NCBI GenBank assembly: GCA_018001225.1
Contig: JAGNIJ010000009.1
Coordinates: forward strand, 821 to 64,820
From: Kiritimatiellia bacterium
GTDB lineage: Bacteria; Verrucomicrobiota; Kiritimatiellia; CAIQIC01; JAGNIJ01
Length of the DNA: 64,000 bases
Reading direction: 5' to 3'
Shown: positions 1 to 8,393 of the stretch, one piece after another
Numbering within the stretch: position 1 is the stretch's first letter
Layout of the letters: the number at the start of each line of letters is the position of its first letter
The notes under the pieces: model-generated
The model's input: only the letters and a program-made list of their open reading frames with translations
The model's database searches: none
What the model was told of the DNA's origin: nothing
Made by a program: the position numbers and the translations under genes

Positions 1-21
1 CTGCGCGCGGCGCCGACGCGG

Positions 22-1248
22 ATGGAACGCTGGTACGAGCGGTTGGCCATCCGTTTCTTCTCGCAGGTGCGCAAGGGCCGCCTGGAGCTGGCGCTGCCGG
101 ACGGCAGGACCGTGACCGCGGGCGACCCGTCGGCGCCTCCCGCGGTGCTGCACATTCATTCCCGCGAGTTCTTCCGGCGGCTGATCCTGGACGGCGACAT
201 CGGGTTCGGCGAGTCGTTCATGGAGGGGGAGTGGACCACGCCCGACCTGCCGGGCCTGCTGCGCGTGCTCGCGGACAACCTCGCGTCCGTGGACGACCGG
301 AAGATCGCGCTTTCCTGGATTGGACGCAGCGTCAACCGGGTCCGCCACGCCCTGCGGCGCAACACGGAGCGGTTAAGCCGGCGGAACATCCGCGACCACT
401 ACGACTTGAGCAACGACTTCTTCCGGCTGTGGCTGGACGAGACCATGATGTACTCGTGCGCGGTCTTCGAGTCACCGGATCAATCGCTGTACGACGCGCA
501 GATGAACCGGCTACGTATTCTCATCCGCAAGGCCCGCATCCGCCCCGAGCACCATGTCCTGGAGATCGGCTCCGGTTGGGGCGCGTTCGCCATCGAGGCG
601 GCGCGCGCGACGGGGTGCCGCGTGACCACGATCACGCTGTCGACGCAGCAACTGGAACTCGCCCGGCAGCGGGTCCGCGAGGCGGGGCTGGAGGACCGGG
701 TCACGGTGGAATTGTGCGATTACCGGCACGTGAAGGGGCAATTCGACCGCATCGTCTCCATCGAGATGCTCGAGGCCGTGGGCCACGAGTATTTCGGCGC
801 GTTCTTCGGCGCGTGCGACCGGCTCCTGAAACCGGACGGCCTGGTCGTACTGCAGGTGATCACGATCCCCGACCAGCGCTACGACATGTACCGCCGCGCG
901 ACGGACTGGACCCAGAAGCACATCTTCCCGGGCGGCGTCCTCCCGTCGCTGACCGCGCTGTCCCGCGCGATGACCCGGCATTCGCGGCTCGTCGTCGAGC
1001 ACCTGGAGAACATCGGCCCGCAGTACGCGCGCACGCTGCGCGAGTGGCGTGTGCGATTTCTCGCCGCCCGGGAGCAGGTCCGGGCGCTGGGCTTCGACGA
1101 GGTCTTCCTCCGCAAGTGGGAATACTACCTGGCCTACTGCGAGGCCGGCTTCGCCGCGCGGGTGATCAACGACCTGCACCTCGTCCTGACCCGGCCGAAC
1201 AACGCGGAGTTGGACGAACCGCGAGCCGTGGGCGGCGATCAGGCTTGA
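22..1248 (+). CDS. cfa: Cyclopropane-fatty-acyl-phospholipid synthase family SAM-dependent methyltransferase (408 aa)
   Basis: NIRDHYDLSNDFF, MMYSCAVF, VLEIGSGWG SAM-binding motif, SIEMLEAVG, IFPGG and W.YYLAYCEAGF are all hallmark Cfa motifs. Confidence 0.93.
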   Translation: MERWYERLAIRFFSQVRKGRLELALPDGRTVTAGDPSAPPAVLHIHSREFFRRLILDGDIGFGESFMEGEWTTPDLPGLLRVLADNLASVDDRKIALSWIGRSVNRVRHALRRNTERLSRRNIRDHYDLSNDFFRLWLDETMMYSCAVFESPDQSLYDAQMNRLRILIRKARIRPEHHVLEIGSGWGAFAIEAARATGCRVTTITLSTQQLELARQRVREAGLEDRVTVELCDYRHVKGQFDRIVSIEMLEAVGHEYFGAFFGACDRLLKPDGLVVLQVITIPDQRYDMYRRATDWTQKHIFPGGVLPSLTALSRAMTRHSRLVVEHLENIGPQYARTLREWRVRFLAAREQVRALGFDEVFLRKWEYYLAYCEAGFAARVINDLHLVLTRPNNAELDEPRAVGGDQA

Positions 1249-1280
1249 CTGCCGGGCCGTTCCCTTTAGCGTGGCCGGGT

Positions 1281-2405
1281 ATGGGCATGGCGCTTCTACT
1301 GCTCTGCGGCGGGGCGATCGTCTACACGTTGGCGGTGTTCCCGCTGGCGATCTGGGCCCTGGCCCGCTGGCGGGGCCGGCCGCCGAAGGCTTCCGCGGCG
1401 GGGGAGCCGCCGTTCGTCAGTGTCATCGTTCCCGTGTACAATGAGGCCGGGATCCTGCGGGAGAAGATCGCGAATTGCCTTGCCCTCGACTATCCCGCCG
1501 ACCGCGTCGAGTTCCTCTTCGCGCTCGACGGGTGCACGGACGGCAGCGAATCCGTCTTCGCCGGGGTCCGGGACCCGCGCGTCCGGTGGCGCGTCTTCCC
1601 CGCCAACCGCGGCAAGGCGGCCGTGCTCAACGACGTCATCCCGGAGGCCCGCGGCGGGATCGTGGCCCTCACGGACGCCAGCGGGATGATCAATCCCGCC
1701 GGTTTGCGCGAGGTGGCCGCGCTGTTCGCCGACCCCGAGGTCGGCGGCGTCAGCGGCATCTACCAGGTCCGCCGCGAGGCCGGCACCGAGTTGGACTCGG
1801 CCGAGCATTCCTACCTGGGCCTCGAGATGAAACTGCGCTACTGGGAGGGCCTATACCGGACAAGCTTGAGCGGCACCGGCTCGCTGTTCGCGTTCCGCCA
1901 GGCCGATTTCCAGCCGTTCCCGGCGGGGCTGATCAACGACGATTTCGTGCTGCCGGCGAGCCTGGCCCTGCGCGGCCGCCGCATCGTGTACGCGCCGGGC
2001 GCGCGGGTCTCCGACCGGCTGTCCACCTCCCTGGGCCGCCTGTTCCGGCGGCGCGTGCGGATCGCCTACGGGAACTGGCAGCAACTCGGTCCGCTGCGAG
2101 GACTGCTCAACCCCGCGCGCGGCTACCTCTTCTGGGTGTTCCTTTCCCACAAGCTGATGCGGACGTGGCTGCCGTTCATTGTCGTCCTTTTCCTGGCGTC
2201 GAGCGTGGCCTTCGGCGCGGCGGTATTCGCCGGCGTCATGGGCGCCTTCCTGCTGCTCCTGCTGGCGGGCGCCCTGGGGCTCTGGCTGGACCGCCATTTC
2301 TCGCGCTGGAATCCCCTGGGGCTGCTGGCGCTGATCTTCATCAATTTTGCGGCCGTGTTCGTCGGGACGGCGAAATTCGTCGCCGGGCGGCGGGCGGCCT
2401 GGTAG
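1281..2405 (+). CDS. Glycosyltransferase family 2 (CESA-like), membrane-anchored (374 aa)
   Basis: Start re-assigned to ATG 1281 inside ORF 231..2405. N-terminal TM helix, VSVIVPVYNE, DGCTDGS, NRGKA, TDA, NDDF, RRRVRIAYGNWQ (QxxRW-like region) and C-terminal TM helices. Confidence 0.88.
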   Translation: MGMALLLLCGGAIVYTLAVFPLAIWALARWRGRPPKASAAGEPPFVSVIVPVYNEAGILREKIANCLALDYPADRVEFLFALDGCTDGSESVFAGVRDPRVRWRVFPANRGKAAVLNDVIPEARGGIVALTDASGMINPAGLREVAALFADPEVGGVSGIYQVRREAGTELDSAEHSYLGLEMKLRYWEGLYRTSLSGTGSLFAFRQADFQPFPAGLINDDFVLPASLALRGRRIVYAPGARVSDRLSTSLGRLFRRRVRIAYGNWQQLGPLRGLLNPARGYLFWVFLSHKLMRTWLPFIVVLFLASSVAFGAAVFAGVMGAFLLLLLAGALGLWLDRHFSRWNPLGLLALIFINFAAVFVGTAKFVAGRRAAW

Positions 2406-2413
2406 GAGCGGCG

Positions 2414-3373
2414 ATGCGCATCCGGGTCAACGAGAAGCAGGTCCGGCGGTTCGCGGAGTACTTCGCGGGAATCGGTCAGGTGTCCCCGTTTGATTTCTGC
2501 TCGGCGGCGGAGGGGACGCTCTTCCCGGCGCGCGGCGGGGCGGGCGTGATCGAGTACTTCTTCTTCGTCACCGCGCACCAGTTCGGGTTCTGGCATCTCG
2601 ACGGCGGCCGGTACGGCGGGCCCATGATCGCGCCGGTGGACGGCGTTCCGCGCAAGGGCTCGGATTTCATCGTGGCCTGCGCCACCCGCGCCTGGAATCG
2701 CGATCCCCTGTTTTTCACCCGCGCGGGCCTGGGCCGCGTCGGGGAGGAGGGCTGGGCCGGCATCTTCCGGGACGACGCCGGCGGCAACCCGCTGCCCATG
2801 GGGCCGGAACACCGCGACATCATTGAGCGTTACGCCGGGTGGCTGCGGTCGGCCTCGCGCCCGCCCGTGGAACTCGTGGCGGCGGCCAACGCCGCCCCCG
2901 AATCGCTGAAGGCCTTTCTTGACGAAGCCGGGAAAATCCCCGGCTACGCCGAGGACCCGATGCGGAAAAAGCTGCAATTACTGGCGATCATCCTCGAGAA
3001 CCGGCCGGAGCATTTTCTCCGCGTGAACGACCCGCAGCATCATCGCCCGATCATTGACTATCACCTCATGCGCAGCGCGTTGCGCACGGGGCTGGTGAAC
3101 GTGGACGATCCCGGCGTTCTCGCGGACCTGGAGGCGCGCCGGCTGGTCTCCGCGGAGGTCGAAAAAGAAATCCGAACGGCCGTCTACGATGCCGTGGCGC
3201 GGCTGGTGGAGCAGTCGGGCGTGTCCGTGGCGGCCATTGATTACTTCTTCTTCATGAACCGGACGCGGTGCCCCGAGATGCGCGAGCCCGATTGCCCGGT
3301 CTGCCCGGTGCGGCATCTCTGTGCCCGCCGGACGAAGCTGTTCCAGCCGGTGTTTCGGACCACCGCCTATTGA
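2414..3373 (+). CDS. Queuosine-salvage (QNG1/DUF2419)-like N-glycosylase with C-terminal C-x7-C-x2-C-x5-C motif (319 aa)
   Basis: Start ATG 2414, 8 nt after the GT2 stop. HQFGFW, RKKLQLL, PIIDYHLMR..LRTGLV and EVEKEIR..AV resemble DUF2419 blocks NFCFW, KRAQIL, FADY.VP..L..LG.L and EE.EIR. Ends with CPEMREPDCPVCPVRHLC. Confidence 0.6.
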   Translation: MRIRVNEKQVRRFAEYFAGIGQVSPFDFCSAAEGTLFPARGGAGVIEYFFFVTAHQFGFWHLDGGRYGGPMIAPVDGVPRKGSDFIVACATRAWNRDPLFFTRAGLGRVGEEGWAGIFRDDAGGNPLPMGPEHRDIIERYAGWLRSASRPPVELVAAANAAPESLKAFLDEAGKIPGYAEDPMRKKLQLLAIILENRPEHFLRVNDPQHHRPIIDYHLMRSALRTGLVNVDDPGVLADLEARRLVSAEVEKEIRTAVYDAVARLVEQSGVSVAAIDYFFFMNRTRCPEMREPDCPVCPVRHLCARRTKLFQPVFRTTAY

Positions 3374-3374
3374 A

Positions 3375-3480
3375 TGGAGGGCGACGGGCCTCCGTCGCCG
3401 TTCCTGCGGCGGCCGGGGCCGGCCGCCCTCCAAAAAGGCATTTCGGAGATACTGGAGGGCGGTCGGCCTCGACCGCCGGG
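3375..3480. repeat. Cluster of three REP-like palindromic units headed by TGGAGGGCG
   Basis: TGGAGGGCGACGGGCCTCCGTCGCCG (3375), an inverted unit ending GCCCTCCA (3432) and TGGAGGGCGGTCGGCCTCGACCGCC (3453), lying between convergent genes. Confidence 0.6.
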
Positions 3481-3496
3481 ATTACGAGACAGGTTC

Positions 3497-3611
3497 TAGA
3501 GCGGTTTAAATGAAACTGTAGCCGCCGGCGTAAGCCGGTGGCACGGGAAATCCGAGGATAACGCGGCCACGCCGTTACCGGCGCGGCTACATACAAACTT
3601 AACGCGCTCTA
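3497..3611. repeat. MITE/REP-like element with TAGAGCG...CGCTCTA termini and an inner GTAGCCGC...GCGGCTAC palindrome
   Basis: Terminal inverted repeats at 3497-3503 and 3605-3611; inner TGTAGCCGC (3517) and GCGGCTACA (3583) are inverted; the right terminus supplies the TAG stop of the minus-strand gene. Confidence 0.55.
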
Positions 3612-4778
3612 ATCGTTCCAGTCGGCTCTCCGCACGCAGCGAAAGCCCACCGAGCCGCCCTGCAGGGAAGGGGCAATGTGGCCGCGCGCCGCGCAGCGCA
3701 ACGCCAGGGGATCGGACAGGCTGTACCCGCCTCGCAGCACCCGTTCCGAGCCGGACGCCGGGCCGGCCGGGTTCTCGCCCGGGGAAGCGGAATAGTAGGC
3801 GACGTCGTACCAGTCGCCGCACCATTCGTCCACGTTACCGGCCACGTCGCACAGCCCGAACCCGTTGGCCATGTCCTGCGCGGGGAGCCGGAAGAAGCCC
3901 TCCACGATCACCTGGCTTCCATTGTACCAGCCCGCGGGGGTGGTCCCCGCCTCGTACGCGTCGTCGCTGTCGAGGTAATTGGCATAGGTCCGCCGGATGC
4001 AATTCGTCGGCTGCGGGTCGCGCCCGGGCCAGGGATAGTGATGCTGCGCCAGGCCGCCGCGGGCCGCCTTTTCCCATTCCGCCTCCGTGGGCAGCCGGTA
4101 GCCGGACCGGCCGAAGTCCGTCCACACGGCGTCCACGCTGCCCGTCCGGTAGGGCTGGGTGAAACCGGCGTCGAGGAAGTAGACGGGGGCGAGGAACTCG
4201 GCTTCCGAGCGCGCGTTGCACCACTTGACGGCGTCGTACCAGGTCACGCCCGTCACGGGGTGATTGGACTCCGAGCGTTCGGTCCACAGGGTGAAGTCGT
4301 AGCCGGCGCCGCCGCCGGACAAGTCGGTGTATCCGCGCGCCACGGCCCAGTTCCGCACGCGGTCCCAATTCGCCTTCGTGACCTCGAACTTGTCCGCGTA
4401 GAACGGGTCGATCGAGACCGGGTGGACCGGGGTTTCGTCGCTGCCCGGCGCGTAGTCGCTGCCCATCAGGAAGGACCCGTCCTCCACGAAGGCCAGGCCG
4501 GGCGACGGGGGATTGGACACGAGGGCCACGGCGAACAGGCAGGGCGCTTCCACGCGGTTCGTGGTGGACGGCCCGAACTCCTCCAGCGAGCGCATCGGCT
4601 GCCCGCTTCTCGGCCACCGGTTGGAGGGGGCCGCCCAGAGCACGTGGTAGGACGCGTTGGTCAGCGCGTTGGTCCAGGTGATCGAGCCGGCGGAAACCTG
4701 CGAGGGATGGACGACTCCGGCCGGGGCCGGGAGGGCCAGGGCGGGCAGCGCGAGCAGGGAGAGGAAGAGCTTGTTCAT
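3609..4778 (-). CDS. Secreted FGE-sulfatase (SUMF1/EgtB/PvdO, C-type-lectin fold) domain protein (389 aa)
   Basis: Start ATG 4778 after GGAG RBS. Signal peptide MNKLFLSLLALPALA; GSFLMGS, EVT, VTWYDAVKWCNARSE, YRLPTEAEWEKAARGG, N.FGL.D.AGNV.EW, RGG and GFRCVR. Confidence 0.88.
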   Translation of the reverse strand: MNKLFLSLLALPALALPAPAGVVHPSQVSAGSITWTNALTNASYHVLWAAPSNRWPRSGQPMRSLEEFGPSTTNRVEAPCLFAVALVSNPPSPGLAFVEDGSFLMGSDYAPGSDETPVHPVSIDPFYADKFEVTKANWDRVRNWAVARGYTDLSGGGAGYDFTLWTERSESNHPVTGVTWYDAVKWCNARSEAEFLAPVYFLDAGFTQPYRTGSVDAVWTDFGRSGYRLPTEAEWEKAARGGLAQHHYPWPGRDPQPTNCIRRTYANYLDSDDAYEAGTTPAGWYNGSQVIVEGFFRLPAQDMANGFGLCDVAGNVDEWCGDWYDVAYYSASPGENPAGPASGSERVLRGGYSLSDPLALRCAARGHIAPSLQGGSVGFRCVRRADWND

Positions 4779-4789
4779 GGCGTTTCTCC

Positions 4790-6262
4790 TCACGGATGGC
4801 GGACGCAGCGGAGGCCGATGAAGTCGTTGTGCGTATCCGGCGCGACGGCGAATCGTTGCGCGCAGCGCAGGTTGTAGGGCTTGTCGTACCAGGAGCCGCC
4901 CCGCGCGGTGCGTTCCAGGCCGGCGGCGGGCCCCCGGGGCTCGTCCCGGATCAGCGACGCGTAGTAATCCGCGGCGTACCAGTCCCAGCACCACTCGCGC
5001 ACGTTGCCGGCCATGTCGTAGAGCCCGAGGGGATTCGACATGTCCGTCAGCTGCGGCAGGTCGAAGCCGGCCGCCGCGCCGCCCTGCTGGCTGCCGTTGA
5101 AGAAGCCGACCGGCGTCGCGGCCTGGTCGTACAGGTCCAGCGAGGTGTCGAAGTTGGCCCACGCGCCGAGGATATGGTTCGACCAGGCGCCGCCGAAACT
5201 GCGCCACGGGTAGTGGTGCCCCTTCAGCCCGCCGCGCGCGGCCTTCTCCCATTCCGCCTCCGTGGGCAGGCGGTACCCGTTCGCCAGCCAGTTGACGTGC
5301 CACTCGACGACATCCATCTGGCCGGTCCGGTACACCGTGGAGGGCGTCATGGACCGGCTCGTGTAGTAGCAGGGTTTCAGGCCTTCCAGTTCCGACCGCG
5401 CGTTGCACCATTTCACCGCGTCGTACCAGGTGATGTCCGTGACGGGCCAGTTGTACCCGCTCCCGAACGAGGAGCCGGCCGGGATGTCGACGTACCCGAT
5501 GAACCCGCCCTGCTGCCAGACATCCTGCCAGCGAGCCAGCGAGACCTCGTAGCGGTCCATGTAAAAGGGGCCGGTCTGAACCTCGTGGGCGGGCCCTTCG
5601 TCGGGAAAGCCCTCCGCCCAGCCGTCGCCCATGACGAAGGCGCCTTCGTCGACCCACTCCATCCCGGCCGGCCGGGGATCCCGCGCCAGCCGGTAGAACC
5701 GCGGCACTTCCATGGAAATCACGCCCGCCGTCGGCGCGTCCACGAGATCCAGGCCCTGCCACGAGGCGTGCCAGGGGTGCCGGAGTTCATTCGCCCATTC
5801 GAGCCGGGCGAATCCGTTGGTCTCCAGCGGCTGCCAGTCGGCGCGCCCCCCGCGGTAGCTCCGGAGCACGGACCCGGTGGCGGCGGCGATGCTGGCCAGC
5901 GATACGTGCGCGACGTCCATCAGGCTGATATCGCTCCACGCCTGCACGTCTATCGTGCAGGCATCGGAGCTTCCGGCCGGCGGGGTGATGGAGACGGTGA
6001 TGTTCGTGGACTCCGAGGCGCCGATCCAGACGACGGCCGGGTCCACGACGGCGGCATAGCCGGGGCATATGTTGTCCACGACGAAACTGACACTGGTCCC
6101 GCCGCCGGTCTGGTTGTAGACGCGGAGCGGGAAGATGGCCGTTTCACCGGGCGGTCCGCCCCGGAAGCTGATCTCGGGCCAGATGAAGATGCCGCCGGCG
6201 AGGCTGGAAGCGGCGGGCAGATACAGCAGCGCCTGCACCATGAGGCGGCAGAAGCGTTTCAT
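4790..6262 (-). CDS. Secreted FGE-sulfatase domain protein with N-terminal Ig-like (NEW3-like) region (490 aa)
   Basis: Signal peptide; ITWYDAVKWCNARSE, YRLPTEAEWEKAARGG, GLYDMAGNVREW, RGGSW and GLRCVR; tandem paralog of 3609..4778. Confidence 0.88.
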   Translation of the reverse strand: MKRFCRLMVQALLYLPAASSLAGGIFIWPEISFRGGPPGETAIFPLRVYNQTGGGTSVSFVVDNICPGYAAVVDPAVVWIGASESTNITVSITPPAGSSDACTIDVQAWSDISLMDVAHVSLASIAAATGSVLRSYRGGRADWQPLETNGFARLEWANELRHPWHASWQGLDLVDAPTAGVISMEVPRFYRLARDPRPAGMEWVDEGAFVMGDGWAEGFPDEGPAHEVQTGPFYMDRYEVSLARWQDVWQQGGFIGYVDIPAGSSFGSGYNWPVTDITWYDAVKWCNARSELEGLKPCYYTSRSMTPSTVYRTGQMDVVEWHVNWLANGYRLPTEAEWEKAARGGLKGHHYPWRSFGGAWSNHILGAWANFDTSLDLYDQAATPVGFFNGSQQGGAAAGFDLPQLTDMSNPLGLYDMAGNVREWCWDWYAADYYASLIRDEPRGPAAGLERTARGGSWYDKPYNLRCAQRFAVAPDTHNDFIGLRCVRHP

Positions 6263-6494
6263 TTTCCGTCCTCCTTGACGTGGTTGAAAGGAATGAAGGT
6301 ACGTGAACGTGGGCCGACGCGGATGTCTTGAATCTTGCAGACCGTTATCCGCTCATGCCTCACGGCGGTGGCCATGGCACAACGTCGCATGGGAAAACCT
6401 CCGGGCCCGCCATCCGTATGTCCAATAAATAGCTTGGCCGTTTAAGGCCTTCTTGTACAGGATTAAGTAGGAAGCCGTCTTTTGCCTGTGCCAG

Positions 6495-6923
6495 TCAGGG
6501 CAGCCGTTCCGTCCCCGCCCGGCGGAGGCGCAGGATGTAGTAGCGTTGCCCCTGCGGATCCTCGCCGCGGAAATCCAGTTCCACGAGCAGCCCCGTGATG
6601 GCGCCGCGCCAGCCGGGCGCGGCCGGGGCGGACTCGGCATCCGTGTAGCAGACAAAAGTGTGCCGGCCGGCGACGTGCCGGAACTGCTGGCGCGGACGGC
6701 CGACCTCGTCGGTCTCTGATTTCTCGAAGACGGCCTCCAGGTTGGCGGGCCGGTCAATGAGGGGGCGCACCACTTCGCGGAATACGGCCTCCGGGCTCCG
6801 GGCCAGGTCGAGGTGCTGGAGGATTTCCTCCCAGGTCACGGTCTGCGATGGCGCCTGGGCCTGCGCGGCAGGGGCAAGCCACGCCGACGCGGCCGCGGCC
6901 AACACGATGAACGCTCGTTTCAC
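6495..6923 (-). CDS. Hypothetical secreted protein (142 aa)
   Basis: GTG start at 6923 after AAGGA; signal peptide VKRAFIVLAAAASAWLAPAAQA; no family recognised. Confidence 0.6.
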   Translation of the reverse strand: MKRAFIVLAAAASAWLAPAAQAQAPSQTVTWEEILQHLDLARSPEAVFREVVRPLIDRPANLEAVFEKSETDEVGRPRQQFRHVAGRHTFVCYTDAESAPAAPGWRGAITGLLVELDFRGEDPQGQRYYILRLRRAGTERLP

Positions 6924-6945
6924 AGTTCGATTTCCTTCATGGCGC

Positions 6946-7004
6946 GGGCTCGCGGGAACTCGCCCCTCCAGGGTGCCTTTGGAGGGCGGAGCTCCGCGAC
7001 GCCG
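6946..7004. repeat. REP-like doublet GGGCTCGCGGGAACTCGCCCCTCCA...TGGAGGGCGGAGCTCCGCGACGCCG
   Basis: Near-identical doublet at 47624-47719; shares the TGGAGGGCG head with the 3375 cluster. Confidence 0.65.
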
Positions 7005-7027
7005 CCGGGAGGCCCTGCCGGTGCTTA

Positions 7028-8281
7028 TCACTGGACGTTGGCTTCCAGGATCGGGTCGGTGAACATGACATGCCCGTAGGTCGGCCCCCAGCCGCCGCCG
7101 GCCTGGAGATCCTGGCTGACGTCCACGGTGTAAAGCAGCGTGTCCGCGTTGCGCTTGCCGGCGACCTGGGCCGCCAGGCTGCGCGTGGTGCGGTGGCGCA
7201 GGGCCGTCTGCGTCGTGTCGGTCCACTCGAGCACGCTCTCCTGCTTCCAGTCCGGGCTGATGATCGCCGTTTTCAGCACGCGCGCGCCGGGCTGGGCGCG
7301 CAGGACGAACTGCTCGGCGGATTTCTTCAGGGCCGCCGCGTCGCCGCCGGCGTAGGCGTCCGGCGCCATGCGCGTCTCGGCGACGCGGGCCGCGCGCAGC
7401 CGGGCGTCGGCCCGCTTGAGGCCCTCGATCCGCCGGTTCAGCGCGTTGATCCGCTGGTCGCCGGTCTTCATCAGGCCGGCGGCGCGGTCCACGATCGACT
7501 GCGCGTTGCCGATCAGGTCGCGCTCGGGGAACAGGAATGCTTCCTTCGCGGCCATCCGGGTGTCCTGCTCGCGGATGAACTGCTCCAGGTGGCCGATCGC
7601 CGCGTCGGCGTCCCGCAGGTCCTGGTCGGCGTACTGGCGGCAGGAGGATTGGAACTGGACCAGGGCGTTATCCAGCATGGCGGCCGCCTGCTTCAGTTCG
7701 TCGGTGGCGAGCGCGCCGAGGTTGGCCTTCTTGTATTCCTCCAGCGCCGCCGCGGCCTCACCGTAGATCCCCAGCCGCTTGCGCATGTCCGCCTGGTCCT
7801 GCGTGGCGCTGGGCACGAGGTACTTGTCGGGATCATAGCCCGCCTGGCCGAGGCCGATGACGTACGGCCGCAACCGGGCCAGCCAGGGCACGGAGGCGGC
7901 GCCGGCCTCGGCGGCCTGCTGTTCCTCGGCCGCCTGCGCCTGCTGCATCGCGTCCGCCCGCCCGCCGGCCGCGGCCTCCAGCTTCGCGATCCGGTCCTGC
8001 ATGGCGACGATGTCGGGATGCGCGGGGGAGTACTGGCCGGCGTACCGCTGCTCGATCTCGGCCATCTTTCCGCGCGCCTCCTCCGCGGCGGCCTTCGCGG
8101 TCTCGACCTTCCATTCCTCCGACGCCACCGAGTTGGACTCCAGCGCGCGCTCGGCCCGGGCGAGGATGCGGTCCGCTTCCTTCAGCCGGAACGCGACGTT
8201 GCTCGGCAACTTGTCCTGCGCCGCCGCGATCATGACCCCGAGGCCCAGGAAACATATCGTTGCGATTCTTCGGATGTGCAT
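7028..8281 (-). CDS. Hypothetical secreted protein, long helical/coiled-coil N-terminal part and globular C-terminal domain (417 aa)
   Basis: Signal peptide MHIRRIATICFLGLGVMIAAA; Ala/Glu/Lys-rich helical region; typical codon usage; AAGGA RBS. Confidence 0.75.
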   Translation of the reverse strand: MHIRRIATICFLGLGVMIAAAQDKLPSNVAFRLKEADRILARAERALESNSVASEEWKVETAKAAAEEARGKMAEIEQRYAGQYSPAHPDIVAMQDRIAKLEAAAGGRADAMQQAQAAEEQQAAEAGAASVPWLARLRPYVIGLGQAGYDPDKYLVPSATQDQADMRKRLGIYGEAAAALEEYKKANLGALATDELKQAAAMLDNALVQFQSSCRQYADQDLRDADAAIGHLEQFIREQDTRMAAKEAFLFPERDLIGNAQSIVDRAAGLMKTGDQRINALNRRIEGLKRADARLRAARVAETRMAPDAYAGGDAAALKKSAEQFVLRAQPGARVLKTAIISPDWKQESVLEWTDTTQTALRHRTTRSLAAQVAGKRNADTLLYTVDVSQDLQAGGGWGPTYGHVMFTDPILEANVQ

Positions 8282-8393
8282 GGCCGGTTCCTTGTTTTCT
8301 CCACTCTATCCGAAGGGGACCGGCGGGCAAGTTCTATCGGCTCCGCTTAACCGTTTTGGAGGCGGCGGGTACTGTGAAAAGCCGGGGCGCGGT

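Noticed and set aside
231-1280. N-terminal extensions of ORFs 231..2405, 1475..3373, 3609..5762, 7857..13001, 42545..43960, 44001..46082, 45097..47352, 55107..56294
   Set aside because: The extensions overlap other real genes and read as low-complexity Arg/Pro/Gly; starts were reassigned to the signal peptide or family N-terminus
3609-6262. Possible diversity-generating retroelement targets (FGE-type CLec fold)
   Set aside because: No reverse transcriptase, no template-repeat copy and no adenine-specific variant repeat of either 3' end is visible in the window
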